The translations under genes and the position numbers were made by a program. The notes beneath the pieces were generated by a model that saw only the letters and a program-made list of their open reading frames with translations, was not told the DNA's origin and ran no database searches. 64,000 nucleotides of DNA from positions 64,316-128,315 of the forward strand of contig JAWBTQ010000004.1 of assembly GCA_038841535.1 (NCBI GenBank). Direction: 5' to 3'. Below, piece by piece: positions 1 through 8,443 of this stretch. This stretch comes from Sulfolobales archaeon (GTDB taxonomy: Archaea; Thermoproteota; Thermoprotei_A; Sulfolobales; NBVN01). Every line of letters begins with the position of its first letter. The first letter of the stretch is position 1.

Positions 1-6
1 GTTGGC

Positions 7-777
7 TCACCTACTAGAAGAAGACTTAGTGAGAGACGAGTAGCTAAACGCTTTAAGCATGGCCATAAAGTCTTCTCTACTCATCCCAAGTCTCTCCACC
101 ACCTTCGAGAACTCCTCTAGCTTCTCTCTATCTACTATAAGTGCGTTAAGACCGTAGCACCCATAGCAACCACGCCTAAAGCTTGGGCAGAGCGCTCCAC
201 AGCCGGATAGAGTTATTGGACCGAGGCACGGTTTTCCATCAAATACTGTTACACATAGTATCCCCTTTCTCTTGCACTCCGAGCATAAGCTCTCAACTAT
301 CGGGGACTCGCTTCCCCCCATCACTAGCTTAACTAGAAACCTAGCTAAAGCCTCTCCGTTAGCCGGACAGCCAGAGAATCTGTAATCTACGTTTACTACG
401 CTATCTACGCTCTTAACTTCTGGTAGCACCTTGATATGGTCGGGGTTTGGGTAGGAGGCTAAAACAACAGTTCTAAGATCCTCTCCTGCTCTCAGAGACT
501 GTACTCCACCGAAGACAGCGCAGGTACCTAGAGCTATTAGTACTCTAGATTTCTCTCTAACCTGCTTAACTAGCTCTTCCTGCTCGCTGTTCGCTATAGA
601 ACCCTCAACTATGGCTACATCTACATCTTCAATAGCGTTTGAGTCCTGTAGTTCAGTAAAGTAGGATATGTTGAGGTACCTCAGTAGCTCAGCGCGTGCT
701 ACTAGTGAGTAAAGCACCTCGTTTAAGCATCCAGAGCACGAGGTCAGCTTCAAAACTGAGACACTAAGTTTCCTCAT
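7..777 (-). CDS. hydD: Group 3b [NiFe] hydrogenase (sulfhydrogenase) small/delta subunit
   Basis: N-terminal TSCSGC, EGS, GTCAVFGG and GCP proximal-cluster motifs, plus the C-terminal CSEC..C..PCLGP..GC..CP...CYGC motifs. A GTG at 8-10 overlaps the stop and suggests the next subunit starts at the window edge. Confidence 0.9.
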   Translation of the reverse strand: MRKLSVSVLKLTSCSGCLNEVLYSLVARAELLRYLNISYFTELQDSNAIEDVDVAIVEGSIANSEQEELVKQVREKSRVLIALGTCAVFGGVQSLRAGEDLRTVVLASYPNPDHIKVLPEVKSVDSVVNVDYRFSGCPANGEALARFLVKLVMGGSESPIVESLCSECKRKGILCVTVFDGKPCLGPITLSGCGALCPSFRRGCYGCYGLNALIVDREKLEEFSKVVERLGMSREDFMAMLKAFSYSSLTKSSSSR

Positions 778-1601
778 AGTCCTCTCACCGTCACATACTG
801 TTTTACGTCTTGGTAACTAAACACCGGTCCATCTTTGCATATAAAGTAATGACCCAGTTGACACGTGCCGCAGATCCCTATACCGCATCTACACCTCCTC
901 TCCAGTGATAGGAACACCCTATCCTCTTTTACGCCCTTCTTTACGAGCTTGTCTGCAGCTACCTTCATCATTACCTCTGGACCACAAACGAACGCAACTG
1001 TGTTCTGCAGGTTAAATTTAACTCTGTCTATAAGGTCTGTTACAAAGCCTACATGACCCTTCCAACCGGAATGCGGTATGTCTATAGAGAACAGAATTGT
1101 GGAGTTCGGTATTTTACTGTACTCCTCGTATTCGTACTTAAATAGCATATCTACAGGTCTTCTAGCTCCATAAAGGAGTATGAAGTGCCCGTAGAGACTC
1201 CTATTCTCGGCTACGTGCTTTATTAGCGCTCTCAGTGGAGCTAACCCTATTCCACCGCCTATAACAAGGACGTCATGGCCCTCAAATTCGCGGATAGGCC
1301 AACCCCTACCGTAGGGCCCGCGAATCCCCAGGTAGCTACCCACACCAACGTTAGTGTAGATGTAATTAGTTACTGCTCCTACAGCTCTAACGGTGTGCTC
1401 CACTAAGCTCCTATCTCCTGCTGCATAGTTTGATATAGAAATGACTACTTCACCCATACCCTTTACATAGAGAACATCAAACTGACCTGGTAGTGGTGTC
1501 GGAAAGCCGTCGACCACTATATGGTATGTTCTAACTAGTGGGGCCTCATCTACTACTTTAGTTACCCTCCCTTTCATCGGAATGAGTTTATCTACCGGCA
1601 T
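774..1601 (-). CDS. hydG: Sulfhydrogenase gamma subunit (FAD/NAD(P)-binding, [2Fe-2S])
   Basis: PGQF, RGPYGRGW, GGGIGLAP, VCGPEVMM and CGIGICGTC...CKDGPVF motifs. Confidence 0.9.
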   Translation of the reverse strand: MPVDKLIPMKGRVTKVVDEAPLVRTYHIVVDGFPTPLPGQFDVLYVKGMGEVVISISNYAAGDRSLVEHTVRAVGAVTNYIYTNVGVGSYLGIRGPYGRGWPIREFEGHDVLVIGGGIGLAPLRALIKHVAENRSLYGHFILLYGARRPVDMLFKYEYEEYSKIPNSTILFSIDIPHSGWKGHVGFVTDLIDRVKFNLQNTVAFVCGPEVMMKVAADKLVKKGVKEDRVFLSLERRCRCGIGICGTCQLGHYFICKDGPVFSYQDVKQYVTVRGL

Positions 1602-2676
1602 ATCCTACAGCCCTCGAGACAACCTCCTTTAAGTCTATGCCCATAGGACACCAGGTAATACACCTTCCACACCCAACACAACCTGGAAGGCCAACTTGTT
1701 TTTGATAAAAGAGAAACTTGTGTAGCACGAAGTGTCTGTACCTCATAAAAAGCTCTGGTCTGAAGTGCTGACCAGCAACTTGACCATACGTAAACGAAAG
1801 ACAGCCGAACCAGTGTCTATCACGCCAGGCTTTGCCTGATAGATCAGCATAGTCGTTAAACTCCGTGCAGAAGCATGTTGGACATACCATGTTGCAGTTA
1901 GTGCAGCCAACGCACCTCGCTGAAGCCTCTCTCCAGAATCCCTCTGCGGCAGCTACATCTTCAAGAGCTCTGACTACGACATTAAATGGTGGAATTCGAG
2001 AAGCCTCTTTCCTAGCTTCATTTAAAGCTTCATCATACATTCTTAACGTCTCTTCTGAAGCAGGAGTGATACCTACTCTCTCAACTAGCTTAAGCCCTTT
2101 CTCGGAGCCTACCTTAAACAGCACTTGATCACCTAACCTAGCGTACGCTATATCGTACCCCTTCGATACGGCAGGTCCTGTCCCGATCGAGCCACAGAAA
2201 CACGTACCTCCAGGTTCAACACACTCTTCTACCACTATATACTCTATGCGTGCCCTTCTAGCCTGGTATACGTCATCGCGTTCTAGAACTTTATCAAGCA
2301 CTTCGATAGCGGCAAGATCGCAAGGTTTTATTCCAAAAAGTACTGATGGAGGGAAGTCGTCCTTAGTTCGCACTATCTCGAAGTCATCGGAGATCTCGTA
2401 AACAACCTGAGTTGGGTAGTGCAGGAGATGCTTAGGGGAGTACTGAGTGTGCCTAAAGACTCCCTTTACTTCTTTAGCAAGCCTGTAACTCCCGGGGCTC
2501 TGTATGTCTGTGTAGTCGATTAGTAGGTCGCTTAGTCTGCTCACTTCTCCAATCACAGGTAAGTCTCCTTCAAGTTTGTAAGATAACACTCTCAGTCCTA
2601 GCTCCTTTAGAGCAAGTATGAGGTTCTCTAATAAGAGTACACTGCCCTCGAAGTATTCTCCAAGCATTCTTGACAT
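1588..2676 (-). CDS. hydB: Sulfhydrogenase beta subunit (AsrA-like Fe-S protein)
   Basis: FGIKPCD, CFC, CVGCTNCNMVCPTCFC and CVGCGRCITWCP motifs; operon order beta-gamma-delta. Confidence 0.9.
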   Translation of the reverse strand: MSRMLGEYFEGSVLLLENLILALKELGLRVLSYKLEGDLPVIGEVSRLSDLLIDYTDIQSPGSYRLAKEVKGVFRHTQYSPKHLLHYPTQVVYEISDDFEIVRTKDDFPPSVLFGIKPCDLAAIEVLDKVLERDDVYQARRARIEYIVVEECVEPGGTCFCGSIGTGPAVSKGYDIAYARLGDQVLFKVGSEKGLKLVERVGITPASEETLRMYDEALNEARKEASRIPPFNVVVRALEDVAAAEGFWREASARCVGCTNCNMVCPTCFCTEFNDYADLSGKAWRDRHWFGCLSFTYGQVAGQHFRPELFMRYRHFVLHKFLFYQKQVGLPGCVGCGRCITWCPMGIDLKEVVSRAVGYAGR

Positions 2677-2789
2677 CTATACCCTGTTCTTAGTACTTCA
2701 ATAAATATGTAAGTTAATTAAACTTAATTAAATATAAGTATAACGGCTTCGAATTGAAGTATAAGCTATTTCATCGTGAATTTCGGCAC

Positions 2790-4088
2790 TTAGCAGACTT
2801 TAAACATCCTCCTAATGTCGCTTAACTTAGTTACTCTCTCTTGGAATATCGCGCTAAATCTCTTTTTGTTACTTAATGGCTGTCCTCCACCCATTAAGCA
2901 GCCACCAGGACATACTTCAAACACTGGTAGACTCTTTTCATTTCGAAAGCTCGTGAGGTTGGCAGGAGGGTATACCTTAGTAACCTCTCTCTGCCTAAGG
3001 ACTACGTAATCGGGGTATTCATCAGTTAGCGTATCGTAGTTAAGTTTCTTGAGAGCTATCTGCGCTTCCCGCGCAGTCAGCACTCTTGGGAGTACTCTTT
3101 TCCAAGATAGGCACTGAGTGATATAGACTACTCCAGGTGGTATGTTTAGCTTGGGCTCGATAGCTTTAACTCCAGGTGCTAAAGTTTGAAGTATCTTTTT
3201 CTCGGCTAGCGACCTAGCTACTATCACTTCCTCAGTTCTTAAATCGACTTCAGCAAGTGGGTCGTATACCGTGACCCTTTCGAATCCGATAGCCTTGAGT
3301 CCGCAAATGACCTTAAGCGGGTCTAGTCCCTCAGCTTCCGATAAAGAAGCTATGACCTCGGGCTCTACGTACGCCTCAGATACGTGTCCTCTTCTAATTT
3401 CAGCGAGTACTTTATCTACATCTAAGCTGTACGTAATGGATCCAGCAGGACAGTATGCAGCACAGAGTCCGCAGTAAACGCAGCCGGACTTTCTGAAGGG
3501 TTCTCCATAAGGTGTTGAGACTAAAGTCTCTATACCTCGGTTAACGTAGTTAAGTACCTTAGCCCCGATCTTCGAGCATATTTCAACGCACCGTCCGCAC
3601 ACAAAGCACTTAAGCTGGTCGAACTTCATTAACTCGTCCTCTATCACTTGACCTCCTCGCTCGATATAACTAAATCTTTTCTCACTAACTATCCACTTAA
3701 GCCCTGCCGCTATCTTCTTAATTAATTCAATAACTTCTGATGGCTGAGCCGGACAGCCTCTTACGTAGCAATCTACCTTAACATGGCTACTCACAGGTTT
3801 TGACAGACCTAGAGCTCCTTGTACGCCTCCTAGACATGCGCAACTACCTAGGGCTACCAAGACCTTTGCTTTGCTTCTAACTCTGTGGAGTAGCTCGAGG
3901 TCTCTCCCGCTCAGTACCGACCCCTCGACTAAGGCTACATCAACGTCATCGACTTCTTTACCTATTCCAGCTAGCGGCCAGTAAGTTAGTGAGATGTCGT
4001 CTCTCTCTAAAAGGTCGGCAAACTCTTTGCTCACCAAGTTGTACTGACAGCCATCGCAGCCAGATAGGGCCACGATCGCAACCTTCAT
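2790..4088 (-). CDS. Chimeric Fe-S subunit: [NiFe] small-subunit N-terminal domain + 2x[4Fe-4S] ferredoxin + degenerate [FeFe]-hydrogenase H-domain
   Basis: SGCDGC/EGSV/GSCACLGG/RGCP, then CFVCGRCVEIC and CVYCGLCAAYCP, then TQCLSWK and FEVCPGGCLMGGGQP (H-cluster P2- and P3-like). Confidence 0.8.
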   Translation of the reverse strand: MKVAIVALSGCDGCQYNLVSKEFADLLERDDISLTYWPLAGIGKEVDDVDVALVEGSVLSGRDLELLHRVRSKAKVLVALGSCACLGGVQGALGLSKPVSSHVKVDCYVRGCPAQPSEVIELIKKIAAGLKWIVSEKRFSYIERGGQVIEDELMKFDQLKCFVCGRCVEICSKIGAKVLNYVNRGIETLVSTPYGEPFRKSGCVYCGLCAAYCPAGSITYSLDVDKVLAEIRRGHVSEAYVEPEVIASLSEAEGLDPLKVICGLKAIGFERVTVYDPLAEVDLRTEEVIVARSLAEKKILQTLAPGVKAIEPKLNIPPGVVYITQCLSWKRVLPRVLTAREAQIALKKLNYDTLTDEYPDYVVLRQREVTKVYPPANLTSFRNEKSLPVFEVCPGGCLMGGGQPLSNKKRFSAIFQERVTKLSDIRRMFKVC

Positions 4089-4095
4089 TAATCTA

Positions 4096-5367
4096 TCACC
4101 TCACTTTAACGACGTGAACGGCACACGGGATACACGGGTCGTAAGCTCTAACGAGCGCCTCTATGTACTTCTGTATAGTTGAATCACTAGCGCCTTCAGC
4201 GAGAAGTTCTTTGGCTATAGAGGTTGCGGACAGCTCTACGTGCTCTGTATTCATGACTGTCGGAGTAGCTATATCAGCCCTAACGACTTTTAGGTCTTTA
4301 TCTACCTCGTAGTAGTGTATCAGTAACCCTCTCGGAGCTTCCACAACACCTAGACCAGCTGACGCACATCTCGTAGTAGCCGGCTGTAGCTCTAGGTCTC
4401 TAGATGAAAGCTCACTGACGTCTTGAACTATGGAGTCGAACATCAGCTTCGATTCTATTGCTTTAGCGTAGATGTTGGAGTAGGGGTTTTCTTTAAGCTT
4501 TTTCTCAAAGCTAGCCACAACACCTCTAGTCTCACCGTCGAGTTCGTTGTACTCTAGTGCACTTAAGAGTCTAGCTCTAGCTCCAACGTAAAACGGGTAG
4601 CCTAAGAATAAGCACTTTTTGCTACTAGAGTACTCAACGTGTAGTTCGTTAAAGAGCTCTCTATAGTTCTCTAAGGTAGTAGCGAACCTTCCAGTAGGTG
4701 TATTTAAGCTGTAGGGCTGGCCTCTTGGGACAGTGGACCTAGTAGACCCCGATAGAGCAACGTACCTAGGTGATGGGTCTCTAGAGTTCGGAAGCTCGAT
4801 GTCTAGCACTCTCTCTGTGAAGCCCTCGAGGTGGGGCCGCACGGATTTTAGTAGCTCAAGTGCTGACATGAATACTCTACGGCTGACGTCGGATAGGAAC
4901 CTCCCCATAGAGTAGTTATTGGGTGACGTAAGTCTGCCGCATACGAGCTTAATGACCTTGTTTAAGTAGGTGTTGATCTCTAGAGACTTCTTCGCGAGCT
5001 GCTCAGAAGCTTCCCTACTTAAGTAGTCCGGTAGCGCTAGAACCCCTAAGTGAATTACGTGGTTCTGAATAAAGCTCAGCTTATTGCATACGTCCCTCAA
5101 TCTGACAGTGTCTTCAGAGGCTTCTACCCCTGCGATTTGCTCAACAGCTAAAGACGCTGCCCAGAAATGGGGGTGGCTACACACTCCGCAGATCCTTGAA
5201 GCTATAGCTGGTACTTCACTAACTTTCCGCCCGATGACTAAGTTTTCGAATCCTCTCAGGCTTGCTACTGAGCTATACGTGACTCTCGCAGAGCCGTCGT
5301 ATATCAACACCTCTACCTTGGACTCACCGGCCACTCTAGGTATTTCCCAGCTTAGTGACTTACTCAT
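4096..5367 (-). CDS. Group 3 [NiFe] hydrogenase large subunit
   Basis: L1 RICGVCSHPH, EAPRGLLIH, L2 DPCIPCAVH followed by a short cleavable tail (VVKVR). Confidence 0.92.
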   Translation of the reverse strand: MSKSLSWEIPRVAGESKVEVLIYDGSARVTYSSVASLRGFENLVIGRKVSEVPAIASRICGVCSHPHFWAASLAVEQIAGVEASEDTVRLRDVCNKLSFIQNHVIHLGVLALPDYLSREASEQLAKKSLEINTYLNKVIKLVCGRLTSPNNYSMGRFLSDVSRRVFMSALELLKSVRPHLEGFTERVLDIELPNSRDPSPRYVALSGSTRSTVPRGQPYSLNTPTGRFATTLENYRELFNELHVEYSSSKKCLFLGYPFYVGARARLLSALEYNELDGETRGVVASFEKKLKENPYSNIYAKAIESKLMFDSIVQDVSELSSRDLELQPATTRCASAGLGVVEAPRGLLIHYYEVDKDLKVVRADIATPTVMNTEHVELSATSIAKELLAEGASDSTIQKYIEALVRAYDPCIPCAVHVVKVR

Positions 5368-6023
5368 GGTTTACCACCCTTCGTGACTACCTCCCTTAGT
5401 CTCTCGGGTAGATTGCTCCAGAAAAACTTCATAGTAGCCTCGATCTCCTTTACGTCTATTCTATACCTCCTGTATAGCTCCACTGTAGCGTCTTCCCAAA
5501 TCCTTGAGTCACTTAAGTACCCCCGACACCCCACACACGGAGCTCCGTAGCGAGGGCATTCAGCAGAACAGCCGGCGACAGTCAGAGGTCCTAAGCACGG
5601 CTCACCCTTTGTGATGAGGCATTCATCCCCTATGAGTGGGCACTCAGAGCACACCGGTAACCCTTCGATACCTAGCTGCTTCGATACTTCGAGTAGGGTA
5701 CAGTTCGACTTCCTTATGCAGCTCCAGCACTTGACTCTATGTGTCGATAGCAGTAGCTCTAGGTTGGTCCTTCTATACCTAGTGAGCTCATCACCTTCCG
5801 TCACTATTTTAGCTTCCTCAGATACCGGGAACCTACATGAGGGAACGACTCTCCCGTTAACTAGGACTACGCATATTCTACAAGTAGCTTCCTCGAAGAG
5901 TCCCTCGAGATAGCAGAGTACGGGGACTCTAAACCCAGCCTTCTCAACAGCATCTATTACGAAAGCGTTTCGTGGTACCTCTACCCGTACGCCATTTACG
6001 TAAACTCTAACCGCGTCCACCAT
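5364..6023 (-). CDS. Chimeric Fe-S subunit: HydA/NuoG/HoxU-type N-terminal [2Fe-2S] + His-ligated [4Fe-4S], fused to [NiFe] small-subunit C-terminal domain
   Basis: PVLC...CRICVV...PSC; HRVKCWSCIRKSNC; then CSECP...CL...PCLGPLTVAGCSAECP...CVGCRG, which aligns with the C-terminus of HydD in this window. Confidence 0.82.
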   Translation of the reverse strand: MVDAVRVYVNGVRVEVPRNAFVIDAVEKAGFRVPVLCYLEGLFEEATCRICVVLVNGRVVPSCRFPVSEEAKIVTEGDELTRYRRTNLELLLSTHRVKCWSCIRKSNCTLLEVSKQLGIEGLPVCSECPLIGDECLITKGEPCLGPLTVAGCSAECPRYGAPCVGCRGYLSDSRIWEDATVELYRRYRIDVKEIEATMKFFWSNLPERLREVVTKGGKP

Positions 6024-6026
6024 CTC

Positions 6027-7847
6027 TCACACCTTCCTAATTGCTCCAAAGGGACACGCGATCAAGCATTGACCGCACTTAGCGCAAAGCTCTTCCCTTA
6101 CTTTATGGACTTCTCCCGGCGAGCCAGATATCGCACCGGTAGGGCAGGTCTTAGCGCACTGCGTGCAACCCCTGCATAGGGCTGGGTCAATAACGTACTT
6201 AACTAACTTAGTGCAGACTTTAGCTGGACACCTACGATTGATTACGTGTTCTACGTACTCGTGTTTAAAGTACCACAGTGTCGACAGTATGGGGTTGGGT
6301 GCCGTTCCCCCGAGTGCGCAGAGGCTTGACTTAGCTATGCTCTCACCGAGCTCTTGAGCGAGCTCTATATCGTCTATCGTTCCAGTACCACTCGTAATCC
6401 TCTCCAGTATGTTGCTGAGCTGCTTCATGCCAACTCTACAAGGGAGGCACTTCCCGCAGGATTCAGCTAGAGTAAAGCCGGTGAAGAACTTTGCTACATC
6501 AACCATGCAGTTACCGTCGTCAATGACTACTAAACCTCCAGACCCCATTATGGCACCGTAGCTCTGCAGGCTCTCGTAGTCCATCTCTAGGTCCATTAGC
6601 TCAGCTGGAATGCATCCCCCACTAGGACCTCCTATCTGTACAGCCTTGACTTTCCTACCCTCCGGAGGTCCTCCCGCTATATCGAAGACTAAGGTCTTTA
6701 TCTTAGTCCCCACAGGCACTTCGTAAACCCCAGTCCTCTTGACGGCCCCAGTAACACAGAACATCTTAGTTCCTTTCGACTTGTCCGTTCCGTACTTAGT
6801 GAACTCGGCTACACCACTCTGGAATATCGTAGCAACGTGAGCAAGAGTCTCCACGTTGTTTATGACTGTTGGTTTTCCCCGCAGTCCACTAGTCGCAGGA
6901 TAGGGAGGCCTCTGCCTCGGTCTAGAGCGGCCCTCTATAGCTGCTATTAGTGCTGTTTCTTCTCCACACACGAACGCACCCGCACTCCTATAGACTTCTA
7001 CGTCGAAGTCGAACCCGGAGCCCAGGATGTTCTTCCCCAGGAACCCCGCTCTTCTTGCGTCGTTGACTGCTTTCTCTAGTCTTTCAGCCATAAGGGGTTT
7101 CTCGGCTCTAACGAAAATAAACCCTTTAGTCGCCCCAATAGCGTAGCCGGCGATTATGAGCCCCTCTAGAACTCTATGGGGGTCTGATTCAGCGAGGAGC
7201 CTGTTCATGAAGGCACCAGGGTCTCCTTCGTCACCGTTGCATATTACGTACTTAACGTCGCTCTTTTGTTCGTACGCTACCTTCCACTTAAACCAGGTCG
7301 GAAAGCCAGCTCCTCCTCTTCCTCTAAGACCGGAAGCCTTAACTTCCTCTATTACTTTCTCTCTACTCATACTCAAAGCTCTCTTAAGTCCCGAGTACCC
7401 ACCGGTCTCTACATAGTCTTCGATGGACTCAGGGTTTATTAAGCCGCAGTTTCTGGAAACGTACCTCGTCTGAAGTCTCCAGTAGTCTAGTTCGTCTAGC
7501 GACGGCGGGTCTCTAGAGTCTGTTTTGAATCTTACCGCAGTAGCTCCAGAGAGGTCTCCCTCTAAATACCTCTTCAAGATCTGTGGGACTTGGTCGGGCT
7601 TTACGTTTCCGTATAGTGCCGGAGGCTGTCCTTCTTTAGCTACCTCGATCCAGGGATCCATAAAGCAGAGACCGGTACACCCTACTGTATACACTTCGGC
7701 GTCTAGCTTTAGCTCTTCGACAGCTCTGCGAACTCTTCTATATACTTCTTCAGCACCTGCAGCAAGAGTACAGCTAGCTATCGGCACCCGTATTCTAAAG
7801 CCTTTACTACCGTACAGTATCTTCCTCAGAGTAGCCTGCGGCAGCAA
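6027..7847 (-). CDS. NuoF/HydB (BfuB)-like FMN/NAD(P)H-binding subunit with thioredoxin-like N-domain and C-terminal 2x[4Fe-4S]
   Basis: GLRGRGGAGFP, NGDEGDPGAFM, GAFVCGEETAL, GGPSGG, ESCGKCLPCR, EH..RRCPAKVC and two CxxCxxCxxxCP motifs. Confidence 0.93.
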   Translation of the reverse strand: MLPQATLRKILYGSKGFRIRVPIASCTLAAGAEEVYRRVRRAVEELKLDAEVYTVGCTGLCFMDPWIEVAKEGQPPALYGNVKPDQVPQILKRYLEGDLSGATAVRFKTDSRDPPSLDELDYWRLQTRYVSRNCGLINPESIEDYVETGGYSGLKRALSMSREKVIEEVKASGLRGRGGAGFPTWFKWKVAYEQKSDVKYVICNGDEGDPGAFMNRLLAESDPHRVLEGLIIAGYAIGATKGFIFVRAEKPLMAERLEKAVNDARRAGFLGKNILGSGFDFDVEVYRSAGAFVCGEETALIAAIEGRSRPRQRPPYPATSGLRGKPTVINNVETLAHVATIFQSGVAEFTKYGTDKSKGTKMFCVTGAVKRTGVYEVPVGTKIKTLVFDIAGGPPEGRKVKAVQIGGPSGGCIPAELMDLEMDYESLQSYGAIMGSGGLVVIDDGNCMVDVAKFFTGFTLAESCGKCLPCRVGMKQLSNILERITSGTGTIDDIELAQELGESIAKSSLCALGGTAPNPILSTLWYFKHEYVEHVINRRCPAKVCTKLVKYVIDPALCRGCTQCAKTCPTGAISGSPGEVHKVREELCAKCGQCLIACPFGAIRKV

Positions 7848-8355
7848 TACTGCCGAACCCCGCGGTACTAGCCGCTCTAGACTTGTAGCTTAAGATAAGC
7901 CTCCTACTCTCAGTCGGTGTGAGCTTACCGTGAACGTATCTCTCGGAGCCATCTGAAGAGACAACCATGGCAACCGGGGCTAGGCTACAGCAACCGAAGC
8001 ACCTCGCCTTTTCGATAGTGAGAGAGCCGTCCTCCGTCGTAGTTCCTCCGTCATTAAGTCCGACTGCTCTCCTCATCGCTTCGTAAACCTCTGAAGAACC
8101 CCTCAAGTAGCACGCTGTACCAAAGCATACGTATGCTACGTACTTACCCACCGGTTCGAGCCTGAACTGGTGGTAGAAAGTAGCTACGTTGAGGACTTCA
8201 GCGAGAGACACTCCTAAGCGCCTAGATACCTCTTCGAGGCTTTCTCTAGGTAAGTACCCAAACGTTCTTTGAACTTCTTGAAGAATATTGATCAGCTTAC
8301 TTCTATCCGTACCGATCCTCGAAACTACGCTCTCAACGAATCCTCTAGGATCCAC
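7807..8355 (-). CDS. NuoE/HydC (BfuC)-like [2Fe-2S] subunit
   Basis: ATFYHQF, CFGTAC and CFGCCSLAP motifs. Confidence 0.92.
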   Translation of the reverse strand: MDPRGFVESVVSRIGTDRSKLINILQEVQRTFGYLPRESLEEVSRRLGVSLAEVLNVATFYHQFRLEPVGKYVAYVCFGTACYLRGSSEVYEAMRRAVGLNDGGTTTEDGSLTIEKARCFGCCSLAPVAMVVSSDGSERYVHGKLTPTESRRLILSYKSRAASTAGFGSIAAAGYSEEDTVR

Positions 8356-8443
8356 TCGCCCCCTTCAACTAGATCTTCGACCGTTGTTTAAAGCGAGGGT
8401 TAATTTATGGTAATTAACGAGTAAGTATTGTAAGTAAGTATAA

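Noticed and set aside
2790-4088. Active [FeFe] hydrogenase
   Set aside because: P1 cysteines are missing, P2 is degenerate, the domain is shortened and no maturases are nearby.
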